A stretch of DNA of 19,513 bases from an uncultured Nitrososphaerota archaeon (GCA_964594835.1 CAZQNA010000017.1:1-19513); one strand, 5' to 3'; shown: positions 8,641-16,142, counted from the first letter of the stretch. Numbers and translations are program-made. The notes: a model not told the origin generated them from the sequence alone.

Positions 8641-8999
8641 AATCAGCTGCCTCCCGGCCCGGGAGGAAGGCCCTTATCCCCCTGTGCCCTGGCTCTGCTG
8701 CCGGGTCGGAGACCTCAGCGTTGGGGAAACATTCGCCGTCCGCCCGCCGGATATGCCTCACGGTTCAGATGTGGTGGAGACCCCCGACTAGGCCGGGCTC
8801 TCGCCCTCACCTCGCCGAGCTTTGCCTCCTCGCTGGCCTCTGCCCTCTCCCCTTCCCTCTCTTCTTTCTTGCTCCCTCGCCCGCTCCGCTTCTTCGGCTC
8901 TCGACCCGTTTTCGTCTCGCTTCCGCGTTTTCCTTCCTTCTCCCATCTCCTCTCTGGGGTCGGGCCTTACCTCCCGGGGCCGACCCCCTAACCCGCCCT

Positions 9000-9066
9000 A
9001 GGCCATAATCCGAGCTGGGTGACGTGAGGGTGGCGCCATGGCGCCACCGCCCCTCCACTCCAGAAA
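9000..9066 (+). repeat. Left copy of an inverted repeat (22-bp perfect core at 9000-9021)
   Basis: AGGCCATAATCCGAGCTGGGTG is the exact reverse complement of 11839-11860. Further shared blocks are GAGGGTGGCG, GGCGCC(A/T)CCGCCC and CCAGAAA. Contains the perfect 20-bp palindrome GGTGGCGCCATGGCGCCACC (9029-9048). Confidence 0.9.
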
Positions 9067-9136
9067 ACTTTCACATAACGGGATTAAGTGGCTCTGAAAA
9101 CCGCGAAAAGTTTCCTTATCGCGCAATAATTTAATA
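9063..9136 (+). promoter_or_regulatory. Promoter with two GAAA-NN-TTTC palindromes and a TATA-like box
   Basis: GAAAACTTTC at 9063-9072, GAAAAGTTTC at 9105-9114, AATAATTTAATA at 9125-9136. Confidence 0.55.
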
Positions 9137-9167
9137 CTGGGAGCTCGAGGCGGACACGGTGGAGGAC

Positions 9168-9329
9168 ATGGCCAGGCTCTCTGACAACCCGGTCGTGTGG
9201 GCCCTTCTGGTCGGGGGCGCGCTGGCCGTCGTAGGCGTGGCTCTGAACTCCACCGCCCTCCTGGCCCTGGGGGCCGTCATTTCCCTCGGCGGAATCCTGA
9301 TGGGGGTGGTCTACGCGGCAAAGAGGTGA
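9168..9329 (+). CDS. Small 53-aa two-helix membrane protein (absent from the ORF track)
   Basis: MARLSDNPVVWALLVGGALAVVGVALNSTALLALGAVISLGGILMGVVYAAKR. GGAGG just before the ATG, with an alternative in-frame GTG at 9159. TATA-like box upstream, GC3-rich codons, stop 6 nt before the next gene. Confidence 0.8.
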   Translation: MARLSDNPVVWALLVGGALAVVGVALNSTALLALGAVISLGGILMGVVYAAKR

Positions 9330-9335
9330 GCCAGC

Positions 9336-9623
9336 GTGGCCAGGAGGAGGGTCGTGGACATAGGGAGGAGGCGGTACGTCCAGTACGTGGACAGGAGGGG
9401 CAGGATAAGGAGGAATGTACCGTGGAGCAAGTACCTCCAGGGGAAGGAGGGGGCCAGGGCGGCCAGGGTGAGGGAGGCCAAGAGGGGGCTGGCGAGGCTG
9501 GCGATGGGCAGGATCCCCCTGGTGGGAGACGCCCTGGACGCCTACGAGGCCGCCAGGCACCTGAGGACGATAGCCAGCGGGGGGAAGGCGAGCAGGTCAG
9601 GCCGGTCCAGGCGGCGGAGGTAG
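9336..9623 (+). CDS. Small, highly basic Arg-rich protein
   Basis: 95 aa, host-like AGG codons, GAGGTGA Shine-Dalgarno overlapping the upstream stop. Contains GRIPLVGDALDAYEA. Confidence 0.75.
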   Translation: MARRRVVDIGRRRYVQYVDRRGRIRRNVPWSKYLQGKEGARAARVREAKRGLARLAMGRIPLVGDALDAYEAARHLRTIASGGKASRSGRSRRRR

Positions 9624-9639
9624 TCGAACCCGAGTCAGG

Positions 9640-9933
9640 TCAGGGGCCGTCCCTCTCCCTCCTGAGCTCCATCAGCGCCAGGGCCACCCTCACGCCGTCC
9701 CTCGTGAGGGAGAGCACCCTCATGCTCTTCCCGTGGTCGGTCAGGAGCCCCCTGGAGACGAGCCTCTTCGCGACAGACTTGAACTTGGCCCTGATGCCGC
9801 ACCTCCGAGCTATCTCCTCCCACCTTATGGCCCTGGCGACCCTCTCCAATGACGAGTAGGATCCCCCTATGAAGCCCTCCCTCAGCATCCTGATCAGGAC
9901 CTCCTCCTCGTGGGGCTCAAGCCCGGATTCCAC
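9640..9933 (-). CDS. Small winged-helix protein
   Basis: KSVAKRLVSRGLL...VLSLTRDG recognition helix and wing pattern. GTG start at 9933 or 9948. Confidence 0.7.
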   Translation of the reverse strand: MESGLEPHEEEVLIRMLREGFIGGSYSSLERVARAIRWEEIARRCGIRAKFKSVAKRLVSRGLLTDHGKSMRVLSLTRDGVRVALALMELRRERDGP

Positions 9934-9993
9934 AATTGTACAACTCACTTACACAAGTATTTTAGCTCGTCGAGACCCCCTTCAGGTCCGGTG

Positions 9994-10548
9994 ATGGGGA
10001 TCAAGGCCGAGGCCCGAACCGCCGCAGGAGGGAGGAAGAGCTTGGCACAGGTGGCGCTGGAGCTCGCCGAGCTTGGATCCAAGGTGAAACCTGGAGAGAG
10101 GCTCACGCCTCACTCGATCAGGTCTCTGGGGATCGACGCCAGCTGGCAGACCATCCTCAAGGCGGCCAAGCTCATGGTCAGCCTTCAGGAGAGGCTCTGG
10201 GAGAGGGGCTTGGCCGTCGAGGTCCTGAGGGACGGGAGGGAGTGGAAAATAGTCTTCAGGAGGAGGTTTGAGGGCCTGTCTACTGAGGAGGTGGCCAGAA
10301 GGGTTAGGGAGCTCTACTTCCCGAAACCCGATGAGGTGGACGTCCTCCTGGTCCGGCTCTTTAACCTGGGGGCCGACTCGCCCGATGGAGCCGTGAGGCT
10401 CCTCCCGGGGCCGGCCTTGGAGAGGGCGCTGGAGCTGGGCCTGGTGGCCGAGTCGGCCGGCCGGTACCACCTGACGGAGCTGGGGGTGGCCGCCGCCAGG
10501 AGCACGCTCAGGATGTATCCGGAGCTGAAGGGCGGAGAGTGGGTCTAA
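9994..10548 (+). CDS. Putative DNA-binding protein with wHTH-like domains
   Basis: LTPHSIRSLGIDASWQTILKA and ALELGLVAESAGRYHLTELG. Start at GTG 9991 or ATG 9994 avoids overlap with the divergent gene. Confidence 0.7.
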   Translation: MGIKAEARTAAGGRKSLAQVALELAELGSKVKPGERLTPHSIRSLGIDASWQTILKAAKLMVSLQERLWERGLAVEVLRDGREWKIVFRRRFEGLSTEEVARRVRELYFPKPDEVDVLLVRLFNLGADSPDGAVRLLPGPALERALELGLVAESAGRYHLTELGVAAARSTLRMYPELKGGEWV

Positions 10549-10590
10549 GGTAGCGAGGCTCACCGCAGGTCTTGTGTTTAGGTGCTGCTG

Positions 10591-10819
10591 ATGGGGGGCC
10601 AGGAGAGTTCGACGTAGTGATCGTAGAGGACGGAGGCAGGGCTATAGTGCTATTGTCCCGCTCCGTCCGGCTGTTACACCTAGAGCGAGACGATCGAGGA
10701 GTTGATGATCAACATCAGAGAGGCCGTTGAGTTCTACTCTGAATCCTGACCAGGGAGGAGCTTGAGCAGGTGAAGATCCAAGATGTCCGGAGGTCGTCGC
10801 CACCGAACTCGAGCTCTAA
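10591..10819 (+). pseudogene. hicB: Degraded HicB-family antitoxin
   Basis: EFDVVIVED (from 10605), GYSAIVP (from 10640) and GCYT*SETIEELMINIREAVEFY (from 10669) lie in three different frames, with TAG at 10681. Confidence 0.8.
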
Positions 10820-10825
10820 CTTGGC

Positions 10826-11761
10826 TCAGTAGACGGCCCTGCCCTTCCTCTTCAGCTCCTCCAGCCTCCTCGCCACGTGGGCTTTCTCTCCTTTACTCAG
10901 CCTCAGGAACGCCAGGGTCGCCAGCCTGCTCCCTGCCCTCGTGTCCACCCTGCCGCGCCTCGACTCGACCCACCCGAGCTCCTCGAGCTCGGAGATGGCC
11001 CTGATCGCGTGCCTCCTCCCTATGTTGGCCCTCCTGGCTATCTCGCTCTTGCTCAGGCCGTCCTCGGCCAGCAGGACCTCCAGCACCCTCCTGGCGGACA
11101 TGTCCAGCCTCGCGAGGTCGCGGTCTAGCCCGGCGGCCCTCTCGGGGATCAGGTTGATCCCTGGCGGGGGCGAGGTGACGGCGGCGGATCCCGCCCCCGC
11201 TTTGGCTGGGGTCAGGCTCGAGCTCGCTCCCGCTCCCGCTCTGGATACAGATCCAGCTCCGGCTCCGGCTCCCACGTCCGCGCCCGCGTCCAGGTAGCCC
11301 GCGACCTCCTCGCCCCCCAGGGGCAGGTTCAGGACGACCCTCAGCCTGTCCCAGGCCAGCCCGAGGGACGAGCGGACCAGCCTGGCGAGTCCCCTGACGG
11401 CCCACCCGAGCCTGCCCAGCTCCGCCAGGACGTACGCTAGGGCCCCGAGGAGCACCAGCGCGAGCGTGCTAGCTGCGATGGGCCCGCCCACGGCCACGAC
11501 GCCCCAAGCGGAGGCGAGCCCCCAGAACCCGAGGGTGACCCAGGCGAAGATCCTGGCGGCCCACCTCCTGGACCCGCCCAGCAGGAGGAAGAGCGAGGGC
11601 GTGAGGGCCAGGAGGAGCCAGACGAAGGAGACGTCCCCGAGGTCGGGGTGGATCAGGTAGATCGGCACCCGGAGCAGCAGGGAGATCAGGAGCGCCAGGG
11701 CGGGCGCCAGGATCAGCCTGGCCAGCAGCCTCAACCCGACTCGGCCCGCCCTCGGGGGCAC
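10826..11761 (-). CDS. Membrane protein with Gly/Ala linker and C-terminal MarR-like winged HTH
   Basis: About four hydrophobic segments, a GAGAGAG linker, then RRVLEVLLAEDGLSKSEIARRANIGRRHAIRAISELEELGWVE. Confidence 0.8.
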   Translation of the reverse strand: MPPRAGRVGLRLLARLILAPALALLISLLLRVPIYLIHPDLGDVSFVWLLLALTPSLFLLLGGSRRWAARIFAWVTLGFWGLASAWGVVAVGGPIAASTLALVLLGALAYVLAELGRLGWAVRGLARLVRSSLGLAWDRLRVVLNLPLGGEEVAGYLDAGADVGAGAGAGSVSRAGAGASSSLTPAKAGAGSAAVTSPPPGINLIPERAAGLDRDLARLDMSARRVLEVLLAEDGLSKSEIARRANIGRRHAIRAISELEELGWVESRRGRVDTRAGSRLATLAFLRLSKGEKAHVARRLEELKRKGRAVY

Positions 11762-11773
11762 AGCTTCTAACCG

Positions 11774-11860
11774 TTTCTGGCGCCGCGGGCGGCCGGGCGG
11801 AGGCGCCTCCCAGCCGCCACCCTCGCGCCCCCGGGCGCCACCCAGCTCGGATTATGGCCT
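11774..11860 (-). repeat. Right copy of the inverted repeat (22-bp perfect core at 11839-11860)
   Basis: CACCCAGCTCGGATTATGGCCT, with extended gapped similarity to 9000-9066. Confidence 0.9.
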
Positions 11861-11879
11861 GCTGGGGCTCGGAGGCGCG

Positions 11880-13904
11880 ATGCCCCGCTCAGCGCGGGGG
11901 GCGGCTCACGGCGTCGGCCCGGGCCCGGTCAGGATCAGGGTCCTGGGGCTCAGGTTCGAGTCCCGGGGCCGGCGCTTCAGGGCGCCGCCTCCGTTCGGGG
12001 GAGTCTTCTCCGTCCTGAGGGTCGCGAGGATTGATCCGGGGGAGCCTCAGAGGCCCGGGGCGCTGATCGCCGGCCTGGCGTCGGCCGGGGGAGGGGCGCT
12101 CACGTACCTGATCAGGCCCCTCGCCCACGGCGCGTTCGCCTCCGCCAGGGCCGCGGGCGAGGAGGGGCTCGCGAGGGCCGAGAGGGCGCTCGAGGCGGCG
12201 CTGAGGGTGGGCCTGGGGTTCGTCGATGTGGAGCCGGCTCCGGCCGACCCCTTCCACCTGGCCGTCCCCCTGGCCGGGGCCCTGCCGGACGGGTCGTGGG
12301 CCAGCCGGAGGTGCCTGCGCGTGCCAGGTGGGGGCGGGGTGAGGTGCCTGGCGGCGCTGGAGTTCCGCCTACCCGTCGACGAGGGGTCCCGTCGGGGAGG
12401 TGACGGGAAGGGGGAGGAGGGGCGCGCGCCGGACGTCGGCGCCCTGATCAGGGCCCTGGCCGGGGCCGGGGTGGAGGCGGCGCTGACGCTGTCGGTCTCC
12501 TCCCCCCGCGCCCTCCCCATGCCGAGGTCCCGCGCGCCCGACGGCCCGAGGGGCCACCTGGCCCTGTTCCTGCTCACCCCGGTGTCTGCGACGCTTAGAG
12601 AGGCCAAGAGGGAGGCTGACGCCCTGGCCTCGCTCGCCGAGGCCGCGGCAGAGTCGGCCCTCGGCTGGAGGGCTCGAAGGGTTGCGTGGCCCCGCCTGCG
12701 CCGGCTGGCGAGGGCCCTGCTAGAGAGGCGCGTCCCCTCCGGCGACCTGGGTCCTGGGGACCTCTCGGCGGTCGCCGGCGTCCCCGCGCTCCGGGGCCTG
12801 GGAGGGCTGACCTCGTGGTCCCCCGCGCCCACGTTAGACCCGCCGCCGGCGGTGGAGGGCGTGGAGCTGGGCGTGGCGCTCGGGCCCGGCTGGTCCCTCC
12901 CCCTGAGGCTGGCGCCGGAGTGGCTCCCCCTCCACGTGGCCGTCTTCGGGTCCCCCGGGTGCGGCAAGACGACTCTGGTCAGGGGCTTCCTGCGGAGGTA
13001 CTCCTCAGAGTACGGCGGGCCGGCGCTGGTGCTGGACAGGCACGGCGAGTACTCGGGCCTCCCCGGGTTCAGGGTTGTGAGGGTGGGCCTGGACCCCGTC
13101 GCCCTGGACCCCCTCGACCCCAGGGGGCTGGAGCCGGGCGAGGCGGCGAAGGCCCTCTGCGCCGTGTTCGGGGTGGTCTGGCCCGAGGAGTTCGGTCCCC
13201 TGATGGCCCACCTCCTCAGGGAGGCCTACGTGAGGGTCCTGGAGGGGCCGGGGCGCCCCTCGCTGGCGGACCTGGCGGGGGAGGTGTGGTCGATGGCCGA
13301 GTCCGGCGCCGGGCCCCTGAGGTCCAGGAGGGCGAGGGACGCCGCCTTCTCCCTCGCGTCGAGGCTGGGCGAGCTGGGGACGGGTCTCGTGGCCAGGGCC
13401 CTCGGCGTCGACTCGGGGCCGGGCGAGAGGCTTGCCGACCTCCTGGCGTCCGGGCGCCCCATAGTCCTCGACCTCTCCCGCCTCATGTCCGACGGGGACA
13501 GGACTCTGGTGAGCCTCCTCGCCCTGGCGGAGCTTGAGGGGCTGAGGAGGCGCCGGCCCGCCGGCAGGCCGCACGTCGCGGTGGTGGAGGAGGCGCACGC
13601 GGTTTCCCCTCCCGGGGTCTCGGGCGGGCTCGTCCCGAGGCTCCTGAGGGAGGCCAGGAAGTTCGGGGTCTCGGTGTGGCTCGTCGATCAGAGGCCGTCA
13701 AACGTGGCGCAGGACGCGGTGGGGCTCTGTGGGACCGTGGTGGTGGGGAGGCTCCTCCACCCCGTCGACCTGGAGGCGCTGGGGCTCACGCGCGGGGAGG
13801 GTCGGCCGGGGGGAGTTGACCCCTCCCTCCTGGGCGCGGGGGAGTGGCTGGTCAGGGTCCCGGGCTCTGGGTACTCGCTGATGAGGTCGCAGACGCCTCG
13901 GTGA
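11880..13904 (+). CDS. HerA/VirB4/FtsK-superfamily P-loop ATPase
   Basis: HVAVFGSPGCGKT (Walker A), LVLDRHGEY, IVLDLS, VAVVEEAH (Walker B), REARKFG and DQRPS. The ~330-aa N-terminal region was not recognised. Confidence 0.9.
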   Translation: MPRSARGAAHGVGPGPVRIRVLGLRFESRGRRFRAPPPFGGVFSVLRVARIDPGEPQRPGALIAGLASAGGGALTYLIRPLAHGAFASARAAGEEGLARAERALEAALRVGLGFVDVEPAPADPFHLAVPLAGALPDGSWASRRCLRVPGGGGVRCLAALEFRLPVDEGSRRGGDGKGEEGRAPDVGALIRALAGAGVEAALTLSVSSPRALPMPRSRAPDGPRGHLALFLLTPVSATLREAKREADALASLAEAAAESALGWRARRVAWPRLRRLARALLERRVPSGDLGPGDLSAVAGVPALRGLGGLTSWSPAPTLDPPPAVEGVELGVALGPGWSLPLRLAPEWLPLHVAVFGSPGCGKTTLVRGFLRRYSSEYGGPALVLDRHGEYSGLPGFRVVRVGLDPVALDPLDPRGLEPGEAAKALCAVFGVVWPEEFGPLMAHLLREAYVRVLEGPGRPSLADLAGEVWSMAESGAGPLRSRRARDAAFSLASRLGELGTGLVARALGVDSGPGERLADLLASGRPIVLDLSRLMSDGDRTLVSLLALAELEGLRRRRPAGRPHVAVVEEAHAVSPPGVSGGLVPRLLREARKFGVSVWLVDQRPSNVAQDAVGLCGTVVVGRLLHPVDLEALGLTRGEGRPGGVDPSLLGAGEWLVRVPGSGYSLMRSQTPR

Positions 13905-14016
13905 TCCGGGTCGAGCCGAGCCCTCATGTGCGAGAGGGGCGTGATCTCGGGCTCCGGGGCTGACGTACAGCGGGCCCCACCTTTTATACTCCCCCGGGTA
14001 CGCTGCTCGTCCGGAG

Positions 14017-14331
14017 ATGCCGGTGGTCAAGACTCCGGGGGTCCTCGGCGGCTCCGCCAGAATCGAGGGCACGAGGATCGCGGTCTGGATGATCGTCTCG
14101 CTGATCAGATCAGGTTGGACCGTTGAGCAGATCCTCGAGGAGTATCCAGGGCTCACCAGGGAGCAGGTGGAAGAGGCCCTGGCCTACTACGAGGAGCACA
14201 GGGACGAGGTGGACGGGGAGATCGAGAGGGCTGATGAGCTATGGGAGATAGGTAAGAGACACTCTGAGGCGGATCTCAGGGCTAGAGAGGCCGAGGAGGC
14301 CCTCAGGAGGGCGCTGAGGGAGGCGGGGTGA
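14017..14331 (+). CDS. DUF433-family antitoxin (VapB45-like)
   Basis: PGVLGGSARIEGTRIAVWMI...GWTVEQILEEYPGLTREQVEEALAYY. TTTTATA box about 30 nt upstream. Confidence 0.9.
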   Translation: MPVVKTPGVLGGSARIEGTRIAVWMIVSLIRSGWTVEQILEEYPGLTREQVEEALAYYEEHRDEVDGEIERADELWEIGKRHSEADLRAREAEEALRRALREAG

Positions 14332-14341
14332 TCGTCTCCTC

Positions 14342-14698
14342 TTGGGCGCGCCGGGGCTTCGGATTCTCGCCGACGAGAACGTTCCATTAAAGGTGATCAA
14401 AGCCCTGGAGAGCTTAGGCGTGAAGGTACTGACGGTGGGCGACTTGGGCATCCGGGGCACCGGCGACGAGGAGGTCCTGGGGACCGCCGCCGGCCTTCGG
14501 GTTCCCCTCCTGTCCCTGGATGTCAAGGATTTCTCTAGGCTTCACGTCAGCTGGCTGAACGGTCGCATGGCTCACTTCGGAATAATTCTTGTGAGCACCA
14601 AGTCCCTGAGGACTTTGGGACCAGGCGGTGTTGCGGCCAGGGTCGTTGAGGTCCTCGGGTGGTATCGCGGGCAGACCGGCTGGGTACACTACGTGTAA
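14342..14698 (+). CDS. DUF5615 PIN-like toxin (VapC45-like)
   Basis: RILADENVP...GTGDEEVL...LLSLDVKDF...HFGII, directly after the DUF433 gene. Confidence 0.9.
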   Translation: MGAPGLRILADENVPLKVIKALESLGVKVLTVGDLGIRGTGDEEVLGTAAGLRVPLLSLDVKDFSRLHVSWLNGRMAHFGIILVSTKSLRTLGPGGVAARVVEVLGWYRGQTGWVHYV

Positions 14699-14771
14699 GC
14701 AGCGGCCGTCTGGCCCACTCAATAAACCCCCCTCGGGCGAGCCGTCAGATCGACGGAGCCCTTCGCGAGCC

Positions 14772-15392
14772 TCAGCTAGCGTCGAGTTCAACCCCCATCC
14801 TTCGAAGAGCCTCCGCAACCCTGCGCGCGCCTCGAACCCGTCTCTCCCTCATGATTTTCAGGTACTCCCCGAGCCTCCCCTCGTCTATCATCCGAAGCAG
14901 GCCGGGGGCGATCTCGTCCGCGAGGGGATACCTCAGGTAGATCGCGTCTATCAGCGTCTTCTCGGGCGTTGAGACCCTGATCCACTCGTCAACCTCACTC
15001 AGGCGGACCAGGTCGTATCCGAAGTACATCTTCGGGGAGATCCTCCTCAGGAGGACCTTGTATCCGCAGACGATCCTCTCTCCCCACCTCACCGCCGCCG
15101 ACACCAGGGGCGAGAGCACGGTCAGGGCCGTCACCTGCGTCCAAGCCCCGTGGATCAGGGCCGCCGAGCCCAGGCCGACGTACGACATCGGCAGGGCCTT
15201 CAACACCATGTACGGCGACCTCTTGAAGGTGTACACGCCCCTGGCGAGTTCGACGATCTCCCCCCTCCGCCTCAGCCTGTGTATGAAGACCTTCGCGTAG
15301 GCCCTCCCCACCGCCCCCTCGACCAGCCTGAACGTGAAGACGCTGGAGGACCTCAGCCTGTCCAGGAGCTGATGGTGCCTACGCCTCGGCGT
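14772..15392 (-). CDS. abiEi: Type IV TA AbiEi-like antitoxin
   Basis: N-terminal wHTH (VFTF...RLRRRGEIVELARGVY), SYVGLGSAALIHG and VSTPEKTLIDAIY. The frame extends upstream of GTG 15311 to an ACG at 15392. Confidence 0.8.
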   Translation of the reverse strand, partial: TPRRRHHQLLDRLRSSSVFTFRLVEGAVGRAYAKVFIHRLRRRGEIVELARGVYTFKRSPYMVLKALPMSYVGLGSAALIHGAWTQVTALTVLSPLVSAAVRWGERIVCGYKVLLRRISPKMYFGYDLVRLSEVDEWIRVSTPEKTLIDAIYLRYPLADEIAPGLLRMIDEGRLGEYLKIMRERRVRGARRVAEALRRMGVELDAS

Positions 15393-16032
15393 GGCGCCTC
15401 ACCTTCCTCACCACGGACTCGAAGCTCGGGGGGCGGCCGAGGAGGATCAGCTCCCTGAGCCCCTCGAAGTCGGGGGGAGGAGTCTCCAGCTCCGGCAGGA
15501 GGGATCTAAGCTCGGCACCGATCCCACAGTCCTCGCAGAGGTCCAGGAGGTAGTACACGTCGTACAGGTCTCTGGCCTTCCTCCTGTCCCGGAAGGCTCT
15601 GATCTTCTCCCTGAGGAGGTCACAGGCCGTGAGCACCCTCACGACCAGGCTGCCGCCGTCGGTCATCCAGTAGTCAGCCTCCGTGGTCTCGATCTCCCTG
15701 AACGGAGGGGAGGCCTCCAGCTCCACCTCGGCCCCGGACTCGTCCGCTACCCTCAGGTAGAGCACCCGCGACGGGGTGAGCTTGCTCCTCACCACCCTGA
15801 TCCCGGGCAGCGACCTGAACGCCTCCTCTATCCCCTCGGGCTCCCAGCAGTAGACGTCGACATCTATGGAGAACCTCTTCCCGCCGTAGACCCTCCACAC
15901 GGCCGCTCCCCCGTGGAGCACGAAGTCGAACCTCTTGGCCAGCTCCACCACCAGGAGGTCCTGGAGTTCGGCGATCCTGAGCAGCCTGCCCTTGAGGATT
16001 CGGGCCAGCGGGATCTTGGAGTGCGCTCCCAC
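15379..16032 (-). CDS. abiEii: Type IV TA AbiEii-like nucleotidyltransferase toxin
   Basis: FVLHGGAAVWRVYGGKRFSIDVD and EKIRAFRDRRKARDLYDVY. GTG 16032 preferred because a TATATATAA box lies about 20-28 nt upstream (16052-16060). Confidence 0.9.
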   Translation of the reverse strand: MGAHSKIPLARILKGRLLRIAELQDLLVVELAKRFDFVLHGGAAVWRVYGGKRFSIDVDVYCWEPEGIEEAFRSLPGIRVVRSKLTPSRVLYLRVADESGAEVELEASPPFREIETTEADYWMTDGGSLVVRVLTACDLLREKIRAFRDRRKARDLYDVYYLLDLCEDCGIGAELRSLLPELETPPPDFEGLRELILLGRPPSFESVVRKVRRHAEA

Positions 16033-16142
16033 ACAGTATCGTGGACCTGGGTTATATATATTGATAACCATGGTCTTTAGAATTGTCGAAGGCGCGGAGA
16101 GAAGGGTAATATATCGGACCCGAGCATTTTTCGCGATCTCAC

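Noticed and set aside
9197-9859. 220-aa + strand ORF
   Set aside because: Gly/Arg-rich shadow frame overlapping three better-supported genes.
9000-11860. Autonomous IS element or transposon
   Set aside because: No transposase motif inside and no target-site duplication outside the repeats.
11880-13904. Housekeeping HerA of the herA-mre11-rad50-nurA repair operon
   Set aside because: No HAS-barrel N-terminus was recognised and none of the partner genes is adjacent.
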